59,774 nucleotides of DNA from NCBI GenBank assembly GCA_036263035.1, contig DATAHR010000264.1, positions 1 through 59,774 of the forward strand, in the 5' to 3' direction. Shown here one piece after another: positions 17,255 to 26,051 of the stretch (position 1 is the stretch's first letter; each line of letters opens with the position of its first letter). Source of the DNA: Gaiellales bacterium (lineage in GTDB: Bacteria; Actinomycetota; Thermoleophilia; Gaiellales; JAICJC01). The notes under the pieces were generated by a model. That model had not been told where the DNA came from, did not search any database, and saw nothing but the letters and a program-made list of their open reading frames with translations. The position numbers were made by a program, and so were the translations under genes.

Positions 17255-18623
17255 GGCTCGTGCTGACCCCGCTCTGTGGCGTGGGGGCGAGCGCGTCTTG
17301 GTTGGACGGCGCCAGGTCGGCGGCCAGCTCGAACGCCTCGAGCGCAGCCTCGGCCCGGCCCATCCGCTTCAGGAACTTGCCGTACCAGCGGTAGGCCTTG
17401 GCCAGCTCGCGCGTCCAGCCGTTCTGCTGGCGGATCGCGTCGATCGCGGACGTGTAGGCCCACTCCGCCCGCTCGCCGTCGCCCAGCTCGTCGTACACGC
17501 GAGCCAGCACGAGGTACGCGTCGCCCAGCTGGCCGGGGAGCGCGCCGTTGCCGAGCAGCTCGACGCCCTCCCTCGCCTTCGCCGAGGCGAGCTCGTGGTC
17601 GCCGCGCTGCAGCGCGCACCGGGCCTCCTCGACAACGACGAAGCCGAGGTCGAGCGGGCTCGGCCGCGCGCCCAGCAGGCTGCGGGCGGCCGCAAGATGG
17701 TCGCCGGCCCGCTCCGTCTCGCTGTTGTCGAGCAGGTTCTGCGCGTAGAGCAGGTGGGCGTCCGACAGCGCGACGTTGTCGTCCATCAGCTCGAAGATCG
17801 CCAGCGCGCGATCGGCGTATGCGATCGCCTGCCCGATCTGGCCGGTGGTCGCGTACAGGCGTGAGAGCGAGTAGTAGGCGCCGGCGCGGCTGCGCAGGTC
17901 GACCTCCTCCGCGCCGTCGCGGAGCGCCTCGGCGAGCACGGCCGCCGCGCTGCCGAAGTCGCCGGCGTCCGTGTAGGCGCGGCTCAGCATCAGCGTGTAG
18001 CGGACAAGCTTTGCCAGATCCCTGCCCGGCTGGTCGCGCAGGCGGCTGGCGCAGTCGTTCAGCAGCGCGATCGCCCGGGCCGGGTCGCCGGCATTGACGT
18101 AGAGCCGGGAGAGCTCGATGTAGAGGTCGGGCCGCTGGGCCGGGTGCGGCGGATCGCCGATCTCCAGCGCGCGCTGGAACAGCTCGAGCGCCTGCGTCTC
18201 GCGGCCGCGCCGCGACGCGATCAGGGCCAGCCCCTCGTAGCACTCGCTCATCCGCTCGGCGTCGGCGTCCACCTCGGCCTCGCGCATGACGCCCCGCAGC
18301 AGCTCCTCCGCCTGGTCGTACTGCTCGAGCCGGATCATCATCATGGCGTCCAGCACCTCCAGCGAGCGGGACCGCTGCTCGCTCGAGACCTCGCCGGTCA
18401 GCTCCTCGGGGGTGACGTCGAGGCGGCGGGCGATCTCGATCAGGACGCGCGGCGACGGGCGGCGGTCGCCGGCCTCGATGCGGGCGAGGTAGCTGTAGGA
18501 GCAGCCGTCGAACGACAGGTCGCGCTGTGTCATCGCGCGCTTGCGGCGGAGATGTCGGATGCGGGCGCCCAGCTTTCGGAGCGCCTCGTTGGAATAGTCA
18601 AGTTCCTGCTCGTGCTCAAGCAT
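17241..18623 (-). CDS. XRE-family HTH regulator fused to TPR repeats
   Basis: LGARIRHLRRKRAMTQRDLS...SYLARIEAGDRRPS HTH, followed by about 8 TPR-like repeats. ATG 18623 is preceded by GGGGAGG and is preferred to TTG 18656. Confidence 0.8.
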   Translation of the reverse strand: MLEHEQELDYSNEALRKLGARIRHLRRKRAMTQRDLSFDGCSYSYLARIEAGDRRPSPRVLIEIARRLDVTPEELTGEVSSEQRSRSLEVLDAMMMIRLEQYDQAEELLRGVMREAEVDADAERMSECYEGLALIASRRGRETQALELFQRALEIGDPPHPAQRPDLYIELSRLYVNAGDPARAIALLNDCASRLRDQPGRDLAKLVRYTLMLSRAYTDAGDFGSAAAVLAEALRDGAEEVDLRSRAGAYYSLSRLYATTGQIGQAIAYADRALAIFELMDDNVALSDAHLLYAQNLLDNSETERAGDHLAAARSLLGARPSPLDLGFVVVEEARCALQRGDHELASAKAREGVELLGNGALPGQLGDAYLVLARVYDELGDGERAEWAYTSAIDAIRQQNGWTRELAKAYRWYGKFLKRMGRAEAALEAFELAADLAPSNQDALAPTPQSGVSTSLTQQ

Positions 18624-18694
18624 CTCCGGCCTCCCCGCCATGTCCATTCGTGGCAAGCTTATTCACCTGGGGCGGGCATGTAAAGGCCCGGCGA

Positions 18695-18700
18695 TAGAAT
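18695..18700 (+). promoter_or_regulatory. -10-like TAGAAT, 6 nt upstream of hemB ATG 18707
   Basis: TAGAATccgtgcATG. Confidence 0.45.
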
Positions 18701-18706
18701 CCGTGC

Positions 18707-19681
18707 ATGGCATTCCCGGTTACGCGGCTGCGCCGTCTGCGTCGAACGGACGCGATGCGCGGCATGGTGCGCGAAACCCGGGTGGCGGCGGCCGACCTGA
18801 TCCAGCCGCTGTTCGTGCGGGCGGGGAGCGGGCCGGCGACGCCTATCCCCTCGCTCGCTGGGCAGTTCCACCACTCGATCGAGACGCTGGTCGAGGAGGG
18901 CGCGCGCGTGCATGCGGCCGGAGTGCCGGCGGTGATCCTGTTCGGTCTGCCCGACCACAAGGACGAGGCGGCCAGCTCGGCCTACGACGACGAGGGGATC
19001 GTGCAGATGGCGCTGCGGGCGCTGCGAGCCCAGGTGCCGGACCTCGTTCTGATCACCGACGTCTGCCTCTGCCAGTACACCTCCCACGGCCACTGCGGTG
19101 TGCTTCGCGACGGCGGTGTCGACAACGATCTCACCCTCGAGCTGCTGGCCCAGACGGCGGTCTCGCACGCTGCGGCAGGAGCCGACATCGTCGCGCCGAG
19201 CGACATGATGGACGGGCGGGTGGCGGCGATCCGCTCGGCGCTGGATGCCGACGGCCTGTCCGGGACGGCGATCCTCGCCTACAGCGCCAAGTTCGCCTCC
19301 GCGTTCTACGGCCCGTTCCGCGATGCGGCGCACTCGGCCCCCTCGGAGGGCGACCGCCGCGGCTACCAGATGGATCCGGCCAACGGCAACGAGGCGCTGC
19401 GGGAGGTGCTGCTGGACATCGAGGAGGGCGCGGACATGGTGATGGTCAAGCCGGCCATGCCGTATCTCGACGTCATCCGGCGGGTGCGCGAGCAGACGCT
19501 GGCCCCGATCGCCGCCTACCAGGTGAGCGGCGAGTACGCGATGCTGACGGGTGCCGCCCGGGAGGGCCTGCTCGACGAGCGGGCCGCGGCGCTCGAGGCG
19601 CTGACCGCGATCAAGCGAGCGGGCGCCGACATGATCATCACGTACCACGCGACCCGGGCGGCCTCCGAGTGGCTGTCGTAG
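18707..19681 (+). CDS. hemB: Porphobilinogen synthase (delta-aminolevulinate dehydratase)
   Basis: RLRRLRRTDAMRGMVRET..., LCQYTSHGHCG, APSDMMDGRV, and the YSAKFASAFYGPFRDAA active-site region. Confidence 0.95.
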   Translation: MAFPVTRLRRLRRTDAMRGMVRETRVAAADLIQPLFVRAGSGPATPIPSLAGQFHHSIETLVEEGARVHAAGVPAVILFGLPDHKDEAASSAYDDEGIVQMALRALRAQVPDLVLITDVCLCQYTSHGHCGVLRDGGVDNDLTLELLAQTAVSHAAAGADIVAPSDMMDGRVAAIRSALDADGLSGTAILAYSAKFASAFYGPFRDAAHSAPSEGDRRGYQMDPANGNEALREVLLDIEEGADMVMVKPAMPYLDVIRRVREQTLAPIAAYQVSGEYAMLTGAAREGLLDERAAALEALTAIKRAGADMIITYHATRAASEWLS

Positions 19682-20949
19682 GCGGGCCGCGGACGGAGGC
19701 ATCGGAGCGGCTGTACCGCGAGGCCTGTGCGGTGATCCCCGGCGGCGTCAGCAGCCCGGTGCGCGCGATGCGGTCGGTGGGGCGCGACCATCCGCTGTTC
19801 GCGGCGCGCGGCGAGGGCGCATGGCTGGTCGACGCGGACGGCAACCGCTACGTCGATTGGGTGTTGTCGTGGGGGCCGCTGATCGCCGGCCACGCGCATC
19901 CCCGGGTGGTCGAGGCGGTGTCGCTCGCGGCGGCTGCGGGCACGTCGTTCGGCGCGCCGACCGAGCTCGAGGTCGACCTCGCGCGGCGGGTGGTGGAGGC
20001 GGTGCCGTCGGTCGACATGGTGCGCTTCGTCTCATCCGGGACCGAGGCGACGATGAGCGCGGTGCGCCTGGCGCGGGCGTTTACCGGCCGCTCGAAGGTG
20101 CTGAAGTTCGCGGGCTGCTACCACGGCCACGTCGATGCGCTGCTTGCGCAGGCGGGGTCCGGACTGGCGACGCTGGCGATCCCGAGCACGCCGGGCGTGC
20201 CGGAGGCGGTGACGGCAGACACGCTGGTCTGCCCCTTCAACGACCTGGATGCGGCCCGCGCGCTGGCCGAGCGGCATGGCGACGAGCTGGCCTGCGTGAT
20301 CGTGGAGCCGGTGGCCGGGAACATGGGCGTCGTGCCGCCCAGGCCGGGCTTCCTCGAGGGGCTGCGCGCGATCTGCAACGGGACCGGGGCGCTGCTGATC
20401 GCCGACGAGGTGATCACCGGCTTTCGCGTCGGGTACGGCGGCGCGCAGGAGCGGCTCGCGTTTCGCCCTGACCTCACCTGCCTCGGCAAGATCCTCGGCG
20501 GCGGTCTGCCTGCGGCGGCGTTCGGCGGCCGCGGCGACGTGATGGAACGGCTGGCGCCGCTGGGCGACGTCTACCAGGCGGGCACGCTCTCCGGGAACCC
20601 GCTGGCGATGGCCGCGGGGCTGGCGACGCTCGATCTGCTGCGCGAGGAGGGCGCCTACGACCGGCTGGAGGCGACGTCGGCCGCGGTCGCCGAGGGCCTG
20701 GCCGGGCCCGGCGTGACCGTGAACCGGGTGGGCGCGATGCTGACGGCCTTCTTCAGCGACGGCCCGGTGTTGGACTTCGCGTCTGCGTCGGCCGCCGACA
20801 CCGAGCGGTATGCCCGGTTCCACGCCCACATGCTCTCGCGCGGCGTCTACCTCGCGCCGTCGCAGTTCGAGGCGATGATGCCGTCGCTCGCGCACACGGG
20901 CGAGCAGATCGAGCTGACGGTGGCGGCCGCCCGGGAGTTCGAGGGCTGA
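19669..20949 (+). CDS. hemL: Glutamate-1-semialdehyde 2,1-aminomutase
   Basis: SERLYREACAVIPGGVSSPVRA..., VSSGTEATMSAVRLARA, ADEVITGFR, LGKILGGGLP (PLP Lys). GTG 19669 overlaps the hemB end by 13 nt. The track ORF start at 18640 is a shadow of hemB. Confidence 0.93.
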   Translation: MAVVGGPRTEASERLYREACAVIPGGVSSPVRAMRSVGRDHPLFAARGEGAWLVDADGNRYVDWVLSWGPLIAGHAHPRVVEAVSLAAAAGTSFGAPTELEVDLARRVVEAVPSVDMVRFVSSGTEATMSAVRLARAFTGRSKVLKFAGCYHGHVDALLAQAGSGLATLAIPSTPGVPEAVTADTLVCPFNDLDAARALAERHGDELACVIVEPVAGNMGVVPPRPGFLEGLRAICNGTGALLIADEVITGFRVGYGGAQERLAFRPDLTCLGKILGGGLPAAAFGGRGDVMERLAPLGDVYQAGTLSGNPLAMAAGLATLDLLREEGAYDRLEATSAAVAEGLAGPGVTVNRVGAMLTAFFSDGPVLDFASASAADTERYARFHAHMLSRGVYLAPSQFEAMMPSLAHTGEQIELTVAAAREFEG

Positions 20950-21341
20950 TGGCCGACGCCGTGATGGAGCAGATCCGGAACCGCGCAGCCGGCGAGAGCC
21001 CGCTGCTGCGGGCGGCTCTGCGTCCCGGGGCAGTTCCGGAGCCGCGCTATGAGGGGCGCTGCCCGGATCGGTATCTGATCGGGGTCGAGATGATCCGCGA
21101 GGGGTACCTGCTGCATCACGGGCGCTCGCTGCTGTTCGCCCAGGACGACGAGGACCTGGCGCTTCTCACCGGGGACTATCTGTACGCGGCCGGACTGGTG
21201 GAGATCTGCGCGACGGGGGATCTGCGCGCGGTTCGCACGCTCGCCCGGCTGATCGCCGAGTGCTCGGCCAGGCGCGGGGACGGCGAGCCGGCCGGCGACG
21301 ACGCGCTGTGGGACGAGGCCGTCGCCGCGCTCGGACGCTGA
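20949..21341 (+). CDS. Hypothetical 130-aa protein translationally coupled to hemL
   Basis: TGATG overlap with the hemL stop and a good GC3 pattern. No confident family assignment. Confidence 0.5.
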   Translation: MADAVMEQIRNRAAGESPLLRAALRPGAVPEPRYEGRCPDRYLIGVEMIREGYLLHHGRSLLFAQDDEDLALLTGDYLYAAGLVEICATGDLRAVRTLARLIAECSARRGDGEPAGDDALWDEAVAALGR

Positions 21342-21355
21342 TCGTCACAGCCGCC

Positions 21356-21537
21356 GTCACCCTCCCGTAACGCCGCGCGCCAATTATTGGAGTCAAAGAC
21401 CCACCGGGTGGGCGTGACGAGGTTGGCACGAAATCGTGGCAGGTCGACCGCCTGGTTGAGCCAAAGCCGCGCCCACCCCAATTATTGGAGACCAACACCT
21501 GCAGTGGGGGCGGGGCGTTCCGTCACGGGTTCGTGAC
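21356..21537. repeat. Composite intergenic element, copy 1: terminal inverted repeats flanking two copies of CCAATTATTGGAG
   Basis: Left end GTCACCCTCCCGTAACGCC (21356-21374). Right end GGCGTTCCGTCACGGGTTCGTGAC (21514-21537) is its near reverse complement. The AT-rich 13-mer CCAATTATTGGAG occurs at 21380-21392 and 21478-21490 (98 bp apart). It lies between convergent genes. Confidence 0.6.
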
Positions 21538-21566
21538 GGGTCGTTGGGGAGCTGTGACGGTCGCTG

Positions 21567-22229
21567 TCAGGGCGTCCAGCGGTCGCCGATGGGCGTGACG
21601 ACCAGCTCGTGCGTCCAGGCCGAGCGGCCCTGCTCGTGCAGGTACTGCACCGCTCTGGCCAGCTCCTGCGTATCGATCCGCTCGCCGCCGCCGTCGTCGC
21701 CGGGCCCGCCGAACGTGCCGTCGCACACCAGCAGACAGACGTGCACCCCCTTCGGCTTCAGCTCGTTCGCCGCGGCCTGCGACAGCGCCCGCGTCGCCGC
21801 CGCTCCGGCAGCCCACGGCGCCCGTCCCGGCAGCGCCCGCCGGGCGGACCCGCCGGTCACCTGTACGACCGTGCCCGATCCCCGCTCGGCCATGGAGGCG
21901 CCCGCCGCACGGAAGAATGCGAACACCTCAGGCAGCAGCTGCTCCAGGTACGGCTGCATAGCGCCGTCGTCGGTGGTGATCAGATCGCCGCCGCCGAACC
22001 GCCCCTTCGGAGACATCGCGTTTACCGCCAGATCGATCGCGCCGGCCTCCGACACCACGCGGTGCATCTCCTCCCCGCGCGTCAGGTCGGCCACGATGCC
22101 GCGCCCGGGGAAGGCCGCCGCCGTCTCCTCGCTGCGGGCGACGCCTGTCGCGTCCCATCCCAGCGCGATGAAGTGCTCGGCGATCACCCTGCCCAGGTTG
22201 CGGGCGCCGAGGACGAGCAGCTGCGGCAT
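21567..22229 (-). CDS. Short-chain dehydrogenase/reductase-like NAD(P)-binding protein
   Basis: MPQLLVLGARNLGRVIAEHF (Rossmann G-x-x-x-G-like) and VQVTGGSA. ATG 22229 shares one nt with the lemA stop. The rest of track ORF 21567-22985 is shadow. Confidence 0.7.
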   Translation of the reverse strand: MPQLLVLGARNLGRVIAEHFIALGWDATGVARSEETAAAFPGRGIVADLTRGEEMHRVVSEAGAIDLAVNAMSPKGRFGGGDLITTDDGAMQPYLEQLLPEVFAFFRAAGASMAERGSGTVVQVTGGSARRALPGRAPWAAGAAATRALSQAAANELKPKGVHVCLLVCDGTFGGPGDDGGGERIDTQELARAVQYLHEQGRSAWTHELVVTPIGDRWTP

Positions 22230-22900
22230 CAGGTGCCGGCCGGCGGGTCGGAGGCGGGTGGCGGCGGAGGGTCGGTCGCCGGCGCCGTGGGCGGCGGCTC
22301 GGCGGCTGCTGCCGCAGGCGCCGCGTCGGCGACGGAGGGCGGGGTCGAGAAGTCCACCTTCACCGGCTCGCGGTCGCCCGGATCCTCGATCTCGAAGTAC
22401 TCGCGTGGGGTGAAGCCGCCCATGCCGGCGATGATCGAGTTCGGGAACACCTGGATCTTCGTGTTGTACGCCTGGACGTTGCCGTTGTAGATCCGCCTCG
22501 CCGCCGCGATCTGGTCCTCGGTGTTCGTCAGCTCGGCCTGCAGCTGCTGGAAGTTCTCGGTCGCCCGCAGCTGCGGATAGGCCTCCGCCACCGCGAACAG
22601 CCGCCCCAGCGCCTGCGACAGGATGCCCTCGGCGGCTCCTGCCTGGGCAGGCCCGCTCGCGCTCATCGCGCGCGCCCGCGCGTCGGTCACGGCCTGGAAC
22701 GTCTCGCGCTCGTGTGCGGCATAGCCCTTTACCGTCTCCACCAGGTTCGGGATCAGATCGTGCCGGCGCTTTAGCTGCACATCGATCCCGCTCCACGCCT
22801 CGTCCACCTTGTTGCGGGCGCGGACCATGCCGTTGTACGCCCCGATCAAGAACAGGGCGATCAGGATGACGACGACGATGACGATGATGGCAACGACCAT
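22229..22900 (-). CDS. lemA: LemA family protein with Pro/Ala-rich C-terminal tail
   Basis: N-terminal TM, then YNGMVRARNKVDEAWSGIDVQLKRRHDLIPNLVETVKGYAAHE...AARRIYNGNVQAYNTKIQVFPNS. AAGGAG RBS. Confidence 0.9.
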   Translation of the reverse strand: MVVAIIVIVVVILIALFLIGAYNGMVRARNKVDEAWSGIDVQLKRRHDLIPNLVETVKGYAAHERETFQAVTDARARAMSASGPAQAGAAEGILSQALGRLFAVAEAYPQLRATENFQQLQAELTNTEDQIAAARRIYNGNVQAYNTKIQVFPNSIIAGMGGFTPREYFEIEDPGDREPVKVDFSTPPSVADAAPAAAAAEPPPTAPATDPPPPPASDPPAGT

Positions 22901-23038
22901 GTCCGAGCGCTCCTTGGAGGGGAAGGCGATTCGCCGCGTCGGATTCTACGCAGCCTGCACGGAGTCCTACCGGGTTCACGGCCATGTACCGGTCGGCGCG
23001 AAGCCGGTCTCAGGCGGCTTGCATACACTCCTGCGCTG

Positions 23039-24502
23039 ATGGCCTTCAGGGATTTGCGCGACTGGCTCGACCATCTTCGCCGCGAGGGGGAGCTGCACGA
23101 GGTCACGGCCGAGGTCGATCCCAGGCTCGAGATCACGGAGATCACCGACCGCGTCACCCGCGCCGGCGGCCCCGCGCTGCTCTTCCGCAACGTCCGCGGC
23201 AGCGAGCTCCCGCTCCTGATCAACCAGTTCGGAACGGAGCGGCGCACGTGCATGGCCTTCGGCGTCGACCGCCTCGACGACCTCGGCGACCGTGTCCAGA
23301 GCGTGCTCGAGATGACCCCGCCGGAGGGCATCGGCGACAAGATCCGCGCGCTCGGCAAGCTCAAGTCACTTGCCGACTCCCGGCCGAAGACCGTTCGCAG
23401 CGGGCCCTGCCAGGAGGTCGTGCTCGATCCGCCCAGCCTCGACGCCCTGCCGATCATGACCTGCTGGCCGCACGACGGCGGCCCGTTCATCACGCTGCCG
23501 GCCGTGATCACCCGGGATCCCCGCACCGGCATGCGGAACGTCGGCATGTACCGCATCCAGAAGTTCGACGCGACGACCACCGCGATGCACTGGCAGATCC
23601 ACAAGGATGCGGCCGCGGACTGGCGCGGCATGGGCGAGCGGATGGATGTGGCCGTCGCGCTCGGGCTCGACCCGGTCACCGCGTACACCGCCTCGGCGCC
23701 GCTTCCCAAGCACATCGACGAGTTCATGCTGGCCGGCTTCCTGCGCGGCGAGCCGGTCGAGATGGTGCGCGCCCGCACGGTCGACCTCGAGGTGCCCGCG
23801 CGCGCCGAGATCGTGATCGAGGGCTACATCGCGAAGGGCGAGCTGGCCGACGAGGGGCCGTTCGGCGACCACACCGGGTACTACACCCCGGTCGAGCCGT
23901 TCCCCGTGCTGCACGTCACGGCCATCACCATGCGCCGCGACGCCATCTACCCGTCGATCATCGTCGGGGTGCCGCCGCAGGAGGACGTCTGGCTTGGCAA
24001 GGCCACGGAGCGGCTGTTCCTGCCCGCGATCCGCATGACCATGCCGGAGGTGGTCGATTACGACCTGCCCTTCCAGGGCGCCTTCCACAATCTGGCCATC
24101 GTGTCCATCCGCAAGGCCTTCCCCGGCCATGCCCGCAAGGTGATGCACGCGATCTGGGGCACCGGGCTGCTGTCGCTGACCAAGGGCGTTGTCGTGGTCG
24201 ACGACTGGGTTGACGTGCACGACTACGACCAGGTCATGTGGCAGGCCGGTGCGAACGTCGACCCGGCCCGTGACGTCGTGCTCAGCGAGGGCCCGCTCGA
24301 CCATCTCGACCATGCACCATCGCGACAGTTCATCGGGGGAAAGATCGGAATCGACGCCACCGCGAAGTGGGAGGCCGAGGGCTATCATCGGGGCTGGCCC
24401 GAGGTGATCGAGATGGACCCCGAGATCCGCGGTCTGGTGACCGCCCGGTGGGCCGAATATGGCATTCCTGTTACGAAGACACCTGACCGAGAGGCGCGAT
24501 AG
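23039..24502 (+). CDS. UbiD-family decarboxylase (menaquinone-pathway, SCO4490-like)
   Basis: MAFRDLRDWLDHLRREGELHEV...GPALLFRNV...MYRIQ...GDHTGYY, which are UbiD signatures. The context includes ubiX and mqn genes. Confidence 0.9.
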   Translation: MAFRDLRDWLDHLRREGELHEVTAEVDPRLEITEITDRVTRAGGPALLFRNVRGSELPLLINQFGTERRTCMAFGVDRLDDLGDRVQSVLEMTPPEGIGDKIRALGKLKSLADSRPKTVRSGPCQEVVLDPPSLDALPIMTCWPHDGGPFITLPAVITRDPRTGMRNVGMYRIQKFDATTTAMHWQIHKDAAADWRGMGERMDVAVALGLDPVTAYTASAPLPKHIDEFMLAGFLRGEPVEMVRARTVDLEVPARAEIVIEGYIAKGELADEGPFGDHTGYYTPVEPFPVLHVTAITMRRDAIYPSIIVGVPPQEDVWLGKATERLFLPAIRMTMPEVVDYDLPFQGAFHNLAIVSIRKAFPGHARKVMHAIWGTGLLSLTKGVVVVDDWVDVHDYDQVMWQAGANVDPARDVVLSEGPLDHLDHAPSRQFIGGKIGIDATAKWEAEGYHRGWPEVIEMDPEIRGLVTARWAEYGIPVTKTPDREAR

Positions 24503-24517
24503 TATGGCGCCGCTGCA

Positions 24518-25225
24518 TTGACTGGAGGACCTGTGGCGGACACTCCCGCCGGCTCGCACGCCCACGCATACACGGCGCCACAGGCGCCCGACTCCGCCGT
24601 CACGCGCGGACAGTTCCTGACGCTTTCCTCGGTCGGGCTGGGTGCGATGATCGGCGCGGTGATCGGCGTCCCGGCCACCGCCTACCTGCTGGCGCCGGTG
24701 ACCAAGGAGGTCACCTTCGAGCCGGTCAGCCTCGGCCCGGTCAGCAAGTTCACCGGGGAGACCTCCTTCAAGCCGACGGCGGCCACGTACGTCGAGGATC
24801 CGAAGCAGCCGAACACCAGCGCCGGCCTCGCCTGGGTGCACTACACGGGCAAGAAGAATACGGACTGGCTGGCCTCGGACGCGATGTTCGTCGTGTTCTC
24901 GAACCGGTGCATGCACCTCGGCTGCCCGGTGATGGCCAGCTCGGTCGGCTTCGGCTGCCCGTGCCACGGCGGCCAGTACAACACCGACGGTGTGCGCATC
25001 GCCGGCCCGCCGATCCGGCCGCTCGACCGCTTCCAGTGGAAGGTCGACAACGACGAGTTGATCATCACCAACCGCTGGAGCGTCGACTACGTCAACGGCA
25101 AGCTCACCTACTACCCGGTGAAGATGCCAGGGCAGCCGGTCGAGGTGAAGGGCAACTCGACCGTCACCGACATCCTCTATCCGAACGTCTCCTACACCCA
25201 CGGCCCGGTGCCGGAGCCGCACTGA
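24518..25225 (+). CDS. qcrA: Rieske 2Fe-2S subunit of menaquinol:cytochrome c reductase
   Basis: CMHLGCPV and CPCHGGQY cluster-binding boxes, with an N-terminal TRGQFLTLSS Tat-like segment plus TM. The start is uncertain (TTG 24518 or GTG 24533). Confidence 0.88.
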   Translation: MTGGPVADTPAGSHAHAYTAPQAPDSAVTRGQFLTLSSVGLGAMIGAVIGVPATAYLLAPVTKEVTFEPVSLGPVSKFTGETSFKPTAATYVEDPKQPNTSAGLAWVHYTGKKNTDWLASDAMFVVFSNRCMHLGCPVMASSVGFGCPCHGGQYNTDGVRIAGPPIRPLDRFQWKVDNDELIITNRWSVDYVNGKLTYYPVKMPGQPVEVKGNSTVTDILYPNVSYTHGPVPEPH

Positions 25226-26043
25226 TGCCGCTGCCGATTCCGCCCCCGCCCAGCCCCAAGCAGATGGTGCTGGCGACCGAGGACTGGGTCGAGTACCGCA
25301 CCGGCTTCCCGACGCTCGTCCGCAAGTTCCTGTTCCGCAAGGTGCCGCCGACCGGGTGGTTCCACACGCTCGGCTCATCGCTGCTGACGGTCTTCATCCT
25401 GCAGGCGACGACGGGCGCGCTGCTGGCGATGACCTACGATCCCTCGCCCAACGGGGCCTACGAGTCGATCCGCTACATCACCGACCAGCAGACGCTCGGC
25501 TGGCTGATCCGCGGCATGCACAAGTGGGGCGCCAGCGTGATGGTGATCCTGCTCTTCCTGCACATGGGGCGGACGTTCTTCTACGGGGCCTACAAGTACC
25601 CGCGGGAGATGACGTGGCTGACCGGCTCGCTGATCTTCGTCAGCGTGATGGGCATGGGCCTGACCGGCTACCTGCTGGTCTGGGATCAGCGCGCCTACTG
25701 GGCATCGGTCGTCGCCGTCAACATCAACGGCACGGCCCCGGTGCTCGGGCCGTTCATCTCGAAGTTCCTGCTGGGAGGGCCGGTGTTCGGCGCGCAGACG
25801 ATCGCCCGCTTCTACGCGCTGCACATGCTGCTGATACCCGGTGCCATCGGTGCGCTGATCTTCGTGCACATGTGGCTGGTCGTGAAGCTCGGCGTTACGC
25901 CGTGGCCCGCCCGCCCGGTGCCGGCCGACGCCCCGGAGCCGGAGTACGAGCCGCATCCGCAGACGCTGATCGACGAGCCGCTGCGCGTCGGCCAGCCGGC
26001 CACGGCCGAGCGGGAGCGAGAAGCCCAGGAAGTCGGAGATTAG
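25225..26043 (+). CDS. qcrB: Cytochrome b6-type subunit (N-terminal four-helix half of cytochrome b)
   Basis: WFHTLGSSLLTVFILQATTG, RGMHKWGASVMVILLFLHMGR and FYALHMLLIPG carry the bis-His heme ligands. TGATG overlap with the qcrA stop. Confidence 0.9.
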   Translation: MPLPIPPPPSPKQMVLATEDWVEYRTGFPTLVRKFLFRKVPPTGWFHTLGSSLLTVFILQATTGALLAMTYDPSPNGAYESIRYITDQQTLGWLIRGMHKWGASVMVILLFLHMGRTFFYGAYKYPREMTWLTGSLIFVSVMGMGLTGYLLVWDQRAYWASVVAVNINGTAPVLGPFISKFLLGGPVFGAQTIARFYALHMLLIPGAIGALIFVHMWLVVKLGVTPWPARPVPADAPEPEYEPHPQTLIDEPLRVGQPATAEREREAQEVGD

Positions 26044-26051
26044 GGTCACCC

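Noticed and set aside
20949-21341. Calling the hemL-coupled 130-aa protein a polyprenyl synthase fragment
   Set aside because: The resemblance is limited to one GDYLY-containing helix. Both DDxxD motifs are absent and the protein is too short.
21356-21537. Integron attC-like interpretation of the CCGTAAC ... GTTACGG ends of the two intergenic elements
   Set aside because: The ends only loosely fit RYYYAAC/GTTRRRY. No integron integrase, attI or cassette array is nearby, and both elements sit between convergent chromosomal genes.
21520-21539. tRNA T-arm-like hairpin CCGTCAC-GGGTTC-GTGACGG
   Set aside because: GGTTC resembles a T-loop. However, the stem is 7 bp, the loop is 6 nt, and no acceptor, D or anticodon arms can be drawn around it.
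21408-21539. 43-codon GTG ORF inside the 21.4-kb intergenic element
   Set aside because: It has no RBS or -10 context and poor codon bias. It spans the repeat units and terminal hairpin, so it is more parsimoniously non-coding.
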